From positions 4,194 through 68,193 of the IMG/VR virus record IMGVR_UViG_3300044856_000343: a stretch of 64,000 bases of DNA, one strand, 5' to 3'. Source of the DNA: a virus. The translations under genes and the position numbers were made by a program. The notes under the pieces are model-generated. The model was not told the origin of the DNA, did no database searches, and was given only the letters and a program-made list of their open reading frames with translations. Positions 35,853 to 46,400 of the stretch are shown piece after piece; the first letter of the stretch is position 1, and the number at the start of each line of letters is the position of its first letter.

Positions 35853-36896
35853 ATGGCAAAATCATCTGAATCAGAGATGGAAAGTATAAAAAATAAAACT
35901 CTTTCTACCAGTGATGTAACTAATAGTGATTCAAAATATATGAAAAATCTTTATCATGGTGCCAATTTATTTCAAAATAATGAAATAGATCTTTTTAATA
36001 AAACATATCGATTTGGTTTATTAAATCCTTATGGTGCTATTTCTACCACTAGAGAATATCTATTCTTTACGAAACCAGATCTTCATATATATCAGAGAAA
36101 TGATGATACTGGAATTACATCAAATTCATTAGTTTCTGGATTAGCTGATATTCCATTCTGGAAGAATTTGACTAGTGGTATGCCTCAGATAATTGAATCA
36201 CTACAACAAAGTTACGGAAATAATAAATCTGATCCTTTTAACCATTTATTGCAAAATCAAGTAAGTTCAAATCTTGATGTTCCGGGATTAAGTTCGGAAA
36301 TGATTGATACACCGACAAATATGTATGGCGTTGGATATTCTTATAGAGGATCATCAGAAGCTTCTGATGATAACCCAGAATTTTCATTAGAATTTAAAGA
36401 TACAAGATGGTTACAAATTTATCATTTCTTTAAAGCCTATGAAGAATATGAAACATTAAAGCATCATGGAGTTATTCGTCCTTGGAAAGGATATATCATG
36501 AATAAGATTCTTCATGATCAATTTGCAATCTATAAATTCTTGGTTGATGAAGATATGGAAACTATTATCTATTATGGAAAGATGTATGGAGTTACTCCTA
36601 AGAGTTTACCTAGAGATGTATTTTCTAATCCTTCATTTGATAATGGTCTTTCATATTCTGTAGATTTTAAAGCTGCATTCTATGAAGATATGCGACCAGA
36701 GATTTTAAAAGATTTTAATTCTTTATCAAAGAAATATTATGATTCTTTGGAATATGATATTAGTCCGTACAATACAACGTTTGATAGAGTAGATACAAGA
36801 CCTGCAAAAGCTGCTTATATAGTAGCTGAGAATAATCCATATTCTCCATCAGGTTATGTTTATAAATTAAAATGGAGAGGAAGTGACGAGTACTAA
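35853..36896 (+). CDS. Tail-tube-fold baseplate protein (gp54/gp48-like)
   Basis: FFTKPDL; EFSLEFKD; IYKFLVDED...YYGK...P pattern; start moved to MAKSSE. Confidence 0.55.
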   Translation: MAKSSESEMESIKNKTLSTSDVTNSDSKYMKNLYHGANLFQNNEIDLFNKTYRFGLLNPYGAISTTREYLFFTKPDLHIYQRNDDTGITSNSLVSGLADIPFWKNLTSGMPQIIESLQQSYGNNKSDPFNHLLQNQVSSNLDVPGLSSEMIDTPTNMYGVGYSYRGSSEASDDNPEFSLEFKDTRWLQIYHFFKAYEEYETLKHHGVIRPWKGYIMNKILHDQFAIYKFLVDEDMETIIYYGKMYGVTPKSLPRDVFSNPSFDNGLSYSVDFKAAFYEDMRPEILKDFNSLSKKYYDSLEYDISPYNTTFDRVDTRPAKAAYIVAENNPYSPSGYVYKLKWRGSDEY

Positions 36897-39601
36897 TGGC
36901 TAATTCAGATTGGAATATTAATAGTGATATTTATGATATCGCTTCTAATATTAATGATTTACAAAAAAGATACATTGAAGATGAAGATGAAACTACACTT
37001 TCTCTTGGTGTATTTGGATTCATATCAGATCTTGAAGCAAAGAAAATTCAGACATCAGTTATTATGACTGGTCAATTAGGAAATGAAATGTTTCCTACAA
37101 GATCTATGCTTACCAAAAATGTACTTACACATGCAGCTTATAATGGTATTTCTGATATCAATGCAAGACCTGCAAATATTACAATTACTCTTTGTACTAA
37201 GGTAGAGGATATTTTAAAATATGGACAAGATGATGGATGTTTTTATCTTGATCATAAATCCCCGATATATATCGAAAATATCGAATTCCATTTCGACTAC
37301 GATATTAAAATTACAAAGAAGAAAGTAAATGGTGTTTGGAGTTTTTCTGCACAATATGTGGTTACTGATATTGATGGTAAAAAGATAGTCAATAGATTAT
37401 CCAATATTACTAATCCTTATTTAAAACAACCATTTATCATTAATTTAAATAATGATCAATATGTTGCTATTCAGGCTGAAATTCGTCAGTGTACAATTGA
37501 GGAAACTTATGATTCAATGACATCTGATTCTATTATTGAAAATAAATCTTATATGTTTACTTTTGATAATCAGTTAGCAGATTTTAATGTCGTTGTTACA
37601 GATGGTGATGAGGAGACTGAGCTTACTCCATATATCTATGGTATGGCTATAGATCCAGATGTAGATAATTATTGTTGGTACCTTTATGTATCTAAGAATA
37701 CAATTAGAATTACTTTTGATAGTAAGTCTTATACTCCAGGTATAAACTCTAAGATCTATATTAAAACATGGACTACTCTTGGTGCTGAAGGTAACTTTGA
37801 TTATTTAAATAATGATGGTACTTCTCAAGGTATTTATGTTGATATTGATTCTGAAACTTATGGTTATTCTGGAATTACTTCTTATTTAGTAGCAATTACA
37901 GATTCTGAAGATGGATCTGACAGAAAATCAAAAGAAGAGTTACAGAAATTAATTCCTAAAGCAGCATTATCAAGAGGATCTATTACAACAGAATCTGATG
38001 TACGAAACTATTTTAATCTGATTGATAATGAGCAGAATAGATTAGTTATGCAAAAGAAAGTTGATAACCAATTATCTCGTGTTTGGTATGGATACTTTAT
38101 GCTAAAAGATGATGCTAATAATTTGATTCCTACAAATACTATTGATATCAGATTGGTTTTAAACAATGGTACTATGGTAAAATGTAATGATGGAAGATAT
38201 ATACTTCCAGCTGGATCAGTAATAAAATATGATGCAGAGAAACGAGTTGGATTTGTTATTGATGATTCAACAGTTCCAGTTCTATATTCTGATGCTTATT
38301 ATGACTCTAACTATTATTACTACATGACAGTGTATAATATAGTATTATGCAAAGATCCATTATACTCTGCATTCTATCTTACAATTTGTAATTATGATTC
38401 TTTCTTCGTCTACGATTATGTAAATGATGGATCTGAATTACAGTTTATTGCAAACAGATTTCATTTTGAAAGAAAACTCTTATTAGATCAAGATACTTAT
38501 AAGATAACTTTCAATATTGCACAATCAAACCTTGATGTCGATTTTGCTACTTATAGTACTGAGACATATTATGTAACAGATACAAATGGAAATAAGATTC
38601 CAAAAACTGTTACAACTCAGAACGTTAGAGCTATTTTAGTTCTTTATGATAATTCTGGAAATCCTTATAGATGGAAAGAATGTACTATGACAGACTATAA
38701 TAATTCTAGTAAGGTATTCTATTTTGAAACTGATATTACAACTGATAGTATGATGGATAATTTGAATCGTATCAAATTATGTGGAATGAATATTGTTGGT
38801 TCTAAAGATCAAGTATATGGATACGTGGATGAGAATGTAAAAGCATCTCTTTATATTGTAGCAAAGGTGGTTACAAGTAGTGATGTAAGTTTTCCAAGAA
38901 AAGATTTGGACAATATAGCTCCTGGATATGAAGATTATGTAGTAACCAATATCTATAATTGTTCTGAAGGATTACAGTTCTTAGAGAACTTTACAAATAT
39001 TCTTGATTCTAAAGTTACAGATGATGATGGTACTAGTGGTACAACTTATACAACAACAGCTGTTCCAGTAGTAGGAAGACATTATATGACTTCTGAAACT
39101 CAAGTTAGATATTTAATTGAAGAGATTAATGAGAGAAGAGCATATATTAATTATTGCTTAACTCTTTTGGAGAATTCTTTAAATATTGATTTTAAGTATT
39201 ATAATACTTATGGTCCGAGTGTTACTTATACTCTTGAAGATAATAATACTGGAATTGGAGCTGTAGATCTTACACTGAGATTTAAATTATCTTTGAAAGA
39301 TGAAACAGATGTAACTACAAAGCCAGATATTATAAACTACATTAAAAAATATATAGAAGATCTTTACGAGACTGGAGATTTACATGCTCCAAATCTTATT
39401 ACAAATATTATTAACGAATTTAAGGATAGAATCAATTATATTGAGTTCGTTGGATTTAATACTTTTGATGCAGATGACCAGCATATTGTTTTGAAAGAGG
39501 TAGAAGATCCAACTACAGTTCCTGAATTCCTTAATATTCGTAATAGGAAAGATATAGAAAGTGGAGAATTAGTTCCATATATTGATATTAAGGTAGTTTA
39601 A
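36896..39601 (+). CDS. Baseplate wedge protein, T4 gp6 / baseplate-J-like
   Basis: TTLGAEGN; GSDRKSKEEL...RGSITTESDV. Confidence 0.75.
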   Translation: MANSDWNINSDIYDIASNINDLQKRYIEDEDETTLSLGVFGFISDLEAKKIQTSVIMTGQLGNEMFPTRSMLTKNVLTHAAYNGISDINARPANITITLCTKVEDILKYGQDDGCFYLDHKSPIYIENIEFHFDYDIKITKKKVNGVWSFSAQYVVTDIDGKKIVNRLSNITNPYLKQPFIINLNNDQYVAIQAEIRQCTIEETYDSMTSDSIIENKSYMFTFDNQLADFNVVVTDGDEETELTPYIYGMAIDPDVDNYCWYLYVSKNTIRITFDSKSYTPGINSKIYIKTWTTLGAEGNFDYLNNDGTSQGIYVDIDSETYGYSGITSYLVAITDSEDGSDRKSKEELQKLIPKAALSRGSITTESDVRNYFNLIDNEQNRLVMQKKVDNQLSRVWYGYFMLKDDANNLIPTNTIDIRLVLNNGTMVKCNDGRYILPAGSVIKYDAEKRVGFVIDDSTVPVLYSDAYYDSNYYYYMTVYNIVLCKDPLYSAFYLTICNYDSFFVYDYVNDGSELQFIANRFHFERKLLLDQDTYKITFNIAQSNLDVDFATYSTETYYVTDTNGNKIPKTVTTQNVRAILVLYDNSGNPYRWKECTMTDYNNSSKVFYFETDITTDSMMDNLNRIKLCGMNIVGSKDQVYGYVDENVKASLYIVAKVVTSSDVSFPRKDLDNIAPGYEDYVVTNIYNCSEGLQFLENFTNILDSKVTDDDGTSGTTYTTTAVPVVGRHYMTSETQVRYLIEEINERRAYINYCLTLLENSLNIDFKYYNTYGPSVTYTLEDNNTGIGAVDLTLRFKLSLKDETDVTTKPDIINYIKKYIEDLYETGDLHAPNLITNIINEFKDRINYIEFVGFNTFDADDQHIVLKEVEDPTTVPEFLNIRNRKDIESGELVPYIDIKVV

Positions 39602-39612
39602 ACATCGATATA
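39601..39612 (+). promoter_or_regulatory. Late-type promoter AACA-N6-TA
   Basis: AACATCGATATA, 31 nt before ATG 39643. Confidence 0.65.
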
Positions 39613-39642
39613 AATAGAATATTTTTAAGGAGGAAATTCTAA

Positions 39643-40926
39643 ATGAGCCGATATAATGAAATGGTTGAGACTGTTAGAAGTCTTAATGAGAATAGAAATC
39701 GTCTCGCTCAGCAGGAAGCTGCTAAAATAGATAAAGCAGTAAATGAGCGCTCGAATTTCATGAATAATTATTACCAGATTAAGGAATCACAACATCAGCA
39801 GAAAATGATGAGGAGTAAGATTTTAGAGAGTGCTAGAAATGATGCTCTTGCTACTTGCTTGAAAGCAATCTATATTACAGCTCTTGAAGCTAATACTCTT
39901 ACAGACCAGAGTATTATTTTAGCTGAATCAATGGTTGATAATTATATCAAAGAGAATGGTGGAGCTTCTGCTATTCTTGGTAGAGTTGGAAATCAGTCAT
40001 ATCTTCTTTCAAGAATTACAGATATTGTAGAGGAAGCAGCTCTTAGAGAAGCTGAAGAAATTGAAAAAGATGATGATAAGGAAGATGCTAAAGCTGCAGA
40101 AGATAATAAGAAAGATCTTCAAGATAAAGCTCTTATTGCAGCTAAGGATTTCATCGATTCAGCTTCTGAAGATGATATTAAGAAATTCACTGCAAAGATG
40201 AAAGGTGAAGCTACAGATGATGGAGATGATGATATTCAGCTTCCAAAGAATGATGATGATAAGCAGGATACTCCAGAGCTTGAAGATCCAGATGATGATG
40301 GAGATGATAGCAAAGATGATTCGGAAGATGATGATGACGATCTTGGTGAGCCACTTCCTGGAGAAGATGATGATAGCTCTTCGGATGATGATAGCAAAGA
40401 TGATTCTGATAAATCTTCAGATGATAATGACTCTGAAGGAAAAGGAAAGATTCTTGATAATCTCGATAAAGAGGAAGATGTTCAGAAAGCTATTGATACT
40501 ATCAGAAATAGAGTTGCTGATGCTGAGGAGACTTTCATCAAAAACAATGCAGAGGATAAGAAAAAGATTGATGAGTTATTAACTAAGATCTCTACAAATG
40601 TAAAGACTGTTAATGATTTGGGTGACAAAAAAGATCCAAAGTCAAAGGTAGCTCAGGAGTCAGTTCAGATGGCTAAGAGACAGATTGATATGATTAAAAC
40701 TAATCGTCCTCTTACTATCTTTGAAAAGATGACAAGAAATCTCTCTCTTAATATTGTAAAGGATTGTGCTATTAGAGAATCATTTATTGAAGAGCATGGA
40801 CAGCTCGATGTAGATATGATTGTTGAGACAGCTAAAGTTATGTATGGTTTCTTGGAGACTGTAAATACTTTACAATTAGAGAAAGTTGATGAAGCTTACA
40901 TCAAGAACGTATTAGAAAATATGTAA
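39643..40926 (+). CDS. Probable head scaffold/internal protein with D-rich linker
   Basis: Many hxE(S/A) motifs, coiled-coil character, long acidic tract. Confidence 0.55.
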   Translation: MSRYNEMVETVRSLNENRNRLAQQEAAKIDKAVNERSNFMNNYYQIKESQHQQKMMRSKILESARNDALATCLKAIYITALEANTLTDQSIILAESMVDNYIKENGGASAILGRVGNQSYLLSRITDIVEEAALREAEEIEKDDDKEDAKAAEDNKKDLQDKALIAAKDFIDSASEDDIKKFTAKMKGEATDDGDDDIQLPKNDDDKQDTPELEDPDDDGDDSKDDSEDDDDDLGEPLPGEDDDSSSDDDSKDDSDKSSDDNDSEGKGKILDNLDKEEDVQKAIDTIRNRVADAEETFIKNNAEDKKKIDELLTKISTNVKTVNDLGDKKDPKSKVAQESVQMAKRQIDMIKTNRPLTIFEKMTRNLSLNIVKDCAIRESFIEEHGQLDVDMIVETAKVMYGFLETVNTLQLEKVDEAYIKNVLENM

Positions 40927-40931
40927 ATTTT

Positions 40932-40961
40932 ATCCCATAGGAGTATAACCTCCTATGGGAT
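40932..40961. terminator. Bidirectional terminator
   Basis: ATCCCATAGGAG-TATAAC-CTCCTATGGGAT. Confidence 0.8.
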
Positions 40962-40966
40962 TATTT

Positions 40967-41377
40967 TTAAAGATTAAACGTAATTGAATTGCCAATATAA
41001 GATATATCACAAAATAAAACAATGAATGCATCTCTTCTCATATTAAGAAACTCATCAAAGCTTGCCATCGATTCTCCTTGTATTGGATTTAATTGTTTAT
41101 TAATTACAGCTTTATTATTAATAATAAATGCACGGATTCTTTCTATAATATTATTAATAACTCTGCTGCTATCTTCTTGTGTCGCATTTGAGTCAAGCTC
41201 TACAGTAATATTGTAATTTGATATATCCATACTAATAGAAGTTATGGATTTATCTTTATCTCTTATTTCTAAAATTGTACTACAAAGATCATTATAAAGT
41301 GGAGAACCAATTCCACCATCTTTGTATAGCTCATGTACATAGGTGCGATAATTATAATATGTATTTATTGATAACAT
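40967..41377 (-). CDS. Hypothetical protein
   Basis: ORF track; AAAGGA SD. Confidence 0.65.
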   Translation of the reverse strand: MLSINTYYNYRTYVHELYKDGGIGSPLYNDLCSTILEIRDKDKSITSISMDISNYNITVELDSNATQEDSSRVINNIIERIRAFIINNKAVINKQLNPIQGESMASFDEFLNMRRDAFIVLFCDISYIGNSITFNL

Positions 41378-41399
41378 GATATTTTCCTTTCGATATTAT

Positions 41400-41876
41400 T
41401 TAAGAATTTTCCCATATAGTAATATTTAATTTTGATTCCTTTCCAAATCTTTTACTTACAGAAAGATTTGTAATTTGAGAATCATCATCATAAGCAATAC
41501 CATTTAAACCATCAAGTGGTGTTTTTCCTAAATTATCGCAATCAGGTTTCTTTGTATGTGGAACCTTATTATTTAGCATTTCCTCTCGTTTTTTATTACT
41601 AATAGAAATAGGAGGAGCAAATACACCTTCTATTTCAGCAGATAAAGATCCCTTTAATTTATCTGCTCCAGTATACAATTCTTTATAGCATTTCTCAACC
41701 TTCTTTTCATACATCTTAGTTTCTCTAGGTGTATATACTTGAACAAATCTACCCTTCCTAGCAGCTCGAGGTCTTTGTTTTGCTACTGGAGTTCCAGATA
41801 CCGAAAAATATACGGATTTATGTCCAATAAGTGCTGGTTTGAAAAATACTGGGCAAGTTATATTTTTATTTTCCAT
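41400..41876 (-). CDS. rusA: Holliday junction resolvase RusA
   Basis: GTPVAKQRPR; KKPDCDNLGKTPLDGLNGIAYDDDSQI. Confidence 0.9.
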   Translation of the reverse strand: MENKNITCPVFFKPALIGHKSVYFSVSGTPVAKQRPRAARKGRFVQVYTPRETKMYEKKVEKCYKELYTGADKLKGSLSAEIEGVFAPPISISNKKREEMLNNKVPHTKKPDCDNLGKTPLDGLNGIAYDDDSQITNLSVSKRFGKESKLNITIWENS

Positions 41877-41970
41877 ACATAGCCCTTTCTACCCATTTAT
41901 TCTAAGGTGATAATATTATTATTTTTTTACTACTAAAATAGTGGAAGGCATTTAACCTTCCACCATAATA

Positions 41971-43452
41971 TTATAATATATCATAAAGTCTACCAATAAG
42001 ATTTGATATCTTATTTTCTACTTTTGTATATAAATTTGCTGTACTAGTTCCTACATATGTTTGTGTAAGATAGTAATACATTCTTATTCTTCTTCCCATT
42101 TCCATTTGACCAATATTTAATCCAGCCATATTTGCTAAGAAATCCTGATAAGAAGTATTATTTGCTATAGATTTCATGATATTAAGTCCATTCTTAAAAT
42201 CATTAATTCTAGACATCATTAATGATTTATAAAGATCTTTTATTTCCAAACTAATATCAATCTGAGTTGGTAATCCATCATCATTCCAACAACATTCTGC
42301 ACCTCTAGTTACTGTAAGTCCAGTGATAATTCCCATATCAATATTAAACAATCCTTTTGAATATGCTTTTACAAGAAATGGAGAATTATAACTGTTTGGA
42401 TCTTCATCACCATCTTTTGATAATGTTTGTCTTGGTAAGCATAAGGTTAAAAGTTTACAGTAAGGTTTTAATACATTCAATAGTATACTTAAGCTATCAT
42501 GATCTGGTGATCTAAGTTTAATATCTATTGAATATGAGCGATCAAAACTTGAGTTGGACCATATCTCTGGGAATACAATCTTTCCACCGTTTAATACACT
42601 ATATACACCTTTGTCTGATAAAGATCCTATAATACCACCACCAGCAGTAGTTAATACTTTTGATAATTGCGATGTAATTGAAGATGTAATATCGCTAGCC
42701 TTACTGATTATATCAGCTACAGCATTACCTTTATCTCCAAAAAGGAATTTTATTTCTTTTGCTTGATCTGAATATCCATTAATCTGAGATGCTAATGATG
42801 ATTCTGTTGTATCATTACTAAAAGTTTCTGATACTGAAGTCATACCATCTAGATAAAATATAATATTTTCAGCAGCAGAGAAATAAGTAGCAAAACTATC
42901 ATTCATTTCCTTCTGCCAGGCAATTTGCCCAATCTTTACAGGTTCATTATATCCAGCAACTTGAATTGTTTCATCAAACAATCCTAAGTATACTGCAACA
43001 GATGCAATCATAGTATTAAGATATTTATAATATTCATCATAAGCATATGTAGTGGAATAATATCTACCACTGCCACTTACAGTTTCTGAAATATTTTCAA
43101 TTCCATCTCCAATAATACCTTGAAGTAAATTTTGCTGATCTTGTTTTGAGAAATCATCCATAAATAGAGGTTCACAAGGTGTTAAGAATAATAATGGTAA
43201 TCTACTGAATATACGTTCAGCATATTTTCTACCAACGTCTGTATCTGGAAGTCTGCAATCCACAGATTCCATAAACTGATATGGCAATCCTTCAATTCCA
43301 TTTGTTTTTGTTGAAATCAAATTAGTTATATTCTTTTCATCTTCTGAAGATCCATTAAGATATCCATTTACTTGACTTTTTGTTAATGGCTTTGTATCTA
43401 ATTTATCCGCTGTTGTTATATTACCATTCGTTTTTGGCATTTTATTCACCAC
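41971..43452 (-). CDS. Baseplate/tail-tube-cap-like protein (T4 gp48-like)
   Basis: FPEIWSNSSFDRSY; PFLVK...GIITGLTVTRG...DGLPTQIDISL; likely start is ATG 43440. Confidence 0.6.
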   Translation of the reverse strand: MVNKMPKTNGNITTADKLDTKPLTKSQVNGYLNGSSEDEKNITNLISTKTNGIEGLPYQFMESVDCRLPDTDVGRKYAERIFSRLPLLFLTPCEPLFMDDFSKQDQQNLLQGIIGDGIENISETVSGSGRYYSTTYAYDEYYKYLNTMIASVAVYLGLFDETIQVAGYNEPVKIGQIAWQKEMNDSFATYFSAAENIIFYLDGMTSVSETFSNDTTESSLASQINGYSDQAKEIKFLFGDKGNAVADIISKASDITSSITSQLSKVLTTAGGGIIGSLSDKGVYSVLNGGKIVFPEIWSNSSFDRSYSIDIKLRSPDHDSLSILLNVLKPYCKLLTLCLPRQTLSKDGDEDPNSYNSPFLVKAYSKGLFNIDMGIITGLTVTRGAECCWNDDGLPTQIDISLEIKDLYKSLMMSRINDFKNGLNIMKSIANNTSYQDFLANMAGLNIGQMEMGRRIRMYYYLTQTYVGTSTANLYTKVENKISNLIGRLYDIL

Positions 43453-43467
43453 CTTTTATAATAAAGT

Positions 43468-43493
43468 TGGAGGTAGTCTTTAAACTACCTCCA
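43468..43493 (-). terminator. Hairpin after the tape-measure-like gene
   Basis: TGGAGGTAGT-N6-ACTACCTCCA. Confidence 0.65.
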
Positions 43494-43498
43494 GTTAT

Positions 43499-46400
43499 TT
43501 ATCCTTTAGCTATATCAGCAAGTACACTTACTAAGCTAATGATATTAGAATCAATCTCATCTGATCCAGATGATGTTGCTGTAGGTTTTGGAGCTGGTGT
43601 GCTCTTCTTTACAACAACTGGTTGTTTATTACTACTACTTCCTCCTCCAGATACATATGTCTTTAAAACATTGTAAATGGCTGAGATATCTGCAGTATTA
43701 TTAGCAATAGACTGAAGCAGATTTGTAATAGATGTAATCAGTTTATTAACTGTATCTGTGCTAATCTGTCCAGCTGATCCCTTAGAGGCAACGCTATTTT
43801 TAATATTTGTGAGCATTGAAGTTGTAGATGCAGCAAGATTAGAATCTCCACCGGAAGGACGACGAGCAATTTTATATTGCTTCGAAGCGACCATATTATT
43901 TCTAGATCCAACTCGAGAAGATAATAATATTCCTGACGATCCACCTGCATTATTACAGATGTCGTCATAACTAATAGGAACTAATCCAGATCCAGCACCA
44001 GCTGCTGTTATTCCTTTAAGACGACGAGCTTCAATGTAATGTTTAGAATCTTTTGTAAGTGGTGTAACCTTAGGTCCTTGACCTCCACCATGTCCAATTC
44101 TGTTTCCATTTCCAACATACATCTCTACATGTCCTACACGATATTTACGTCCAGAAGTGTATCCGCTATCAGGTCTAGAGTATAATAAAATATCTCCAGG
44201 CATTAACTTAGATTCTGTTGGTCCACTAGAATTAGATCCACCACTATTTACATTCATATTATTTGCAAGGTCAATAACCTCTGTATTTGCATTATTAATA
44301 ATAGCATCTGTAGAATTGCCAATGTCTTTTCCTGTAACCTTCTTGTAAGCCCAGTTAACTGTAGATGAACAGTCTGCTGAACCTTTTTCAGGATCTCTAG
44401 GTCCTTTCATTGAGTATGATAATTTACCTTGAATATCAAGTAATTTTTGAACAATAGCTTTTTGTGTAGCATTTCCATCTCCAACAGCTGCATTTGATAC
44501 AACTCCATCAGCAGATCCTGATGAACTACTTGAAGATGATGAACTATCATCATTAGCATATCCAAATAATTTTCCAAACGCATTTCCAAATACTGTTCCA
44601 ACATCACTAACAATATTTAATGGATTTGTAAACAAAGCATCTTCACCAGATGAACTACTTGAAGAATCATCTGAAGAAGAACCTACTCCAATACTTGGAT
44701 CTATTTCATATGTCTTTCCTGTAAACATTTCATAGAATTTCTTTGCATATGTTATACGCTTAGCCATCATTGGCTTACCAGCTCTTTCAAAAGCTGCCTC
44801 GAATTTAATTGTAGCAGTAGCCACATCTGTAAGAGCTTTAAACTGCTCATAAGTCATAGAAGAATATGAATATGACTTACCATCTTTGTCATTGATTGTA
44901 CCAGATTTTTTCCAATACTGACTAGGTAATTCTTCTGAAAGATACTCTAACTGAACAGCTAAAGTATTATATCCAGATCTACGCATTAATTCTGATTTTC
45001 TACCGCCATCCCACTGGCAAAGTCCATATGCTGAACCACCAGACTGATGTAAATTAATATCACAACCAGATTCTTGCTCCATATTACCCATAACACCTGC
45101 AGCAGCTGCTTCAGTCATTCCAAGCTTTTTAGTGAGATAAGCCCAAATCTGCTGAGTAATAGCATCATTACGGCATTCTCCACCACCACCTACAATACGT
45201 CTAAATCTTCTTGCAGATCTATTAGAACTGTATTTTCTATGTTTTAATTCACTAGCTGAACCAGCAACAGCATACTGAGCAGATTTAAGAATAGATGGAT
45301 TGTAAGATCTAGATCTATTAGATTCAGGATCATTTACAATTACATTTCCTCTTCTGTCAAGACCTGTAGCAAGTACATAATGGTTATTAGGACCAAATGG
45401 TGAATTATCTTTTGATGTATTAGAAGGATCTCTTCCAAGTAATACAAGTTTATCACCACTAGCAATTGAATTATACATGTCGTTTGAAGATCCACCAGAA
45501 ATAATTCTAGTATTAATACCTCTATCTCCAAGTACTTTTCCAAAGTAATCTAATGTAACTCCATTGGATGTCTGATATCCATTTGATTCAGATACAGCAT
45601 CTCCAACTGTCATATTTTTACCCATAGCTTTAGCAGCCATAGTAGCAACTGCAGGACCACAACCTTTTGAAGCAAAGCTTTGTCCTCCAATAGAATATTG
45701 TTGGTATTTAGGATCATACTGCGAAACAATTCCTGATGATCCACCACTCTTTTTACTCTTTTTAGACTTTTTGCTCTTTTTCTCTTTCTCTTCTTCGTCG
45801 TCTGCAGCTCCTTTAAATTTACCAGCAATTCCACCAAGCAATTTTACAATTGGTCCAAATATCTTTTCAGCAAATCCAACTATTGTAGAGAATATCTTAT
45901 TGATAGTTATACCAGCATTGAAGAAAGATCTTATAGGATCATCATCAGAAAATTTAGCCTTTACTTTCCAAATAGAAGATACACTTCCCTTTGAAGCCTT
46001 CTTTTTAATTTTCTTTATAGCACTATTAAATTTTTTCATATCAGATTTAATTTCATCGCTATGAATAGCTTCTTTAATTTTGTTACCAGCCATAAATACT
46101 GTAGCAAATGGTGTTAATGCTACTTTCTGTATTCCATCTATGACTTTTCCAAAACCACCTAAAGGATTTTCTTTATCCTCTTTTTTGTCTTTATCACCTT
46201 TCCAAAGTCCAATAGGATCTCCAGCTTTGACATATTTAATATTGTTTCCAGCTATAGAAGCTATTCCTAATCCAAAGTCTTTGACTTTATCAATTAGAGG
46301 TTGTATACCTTCTTTGACTTTTCCAAGAACCTTAAATATTAATGCAACAGGAGTACTAGTAACCTTATTTACAATAAGAGGAATTTGTCCAATTGCTTTT

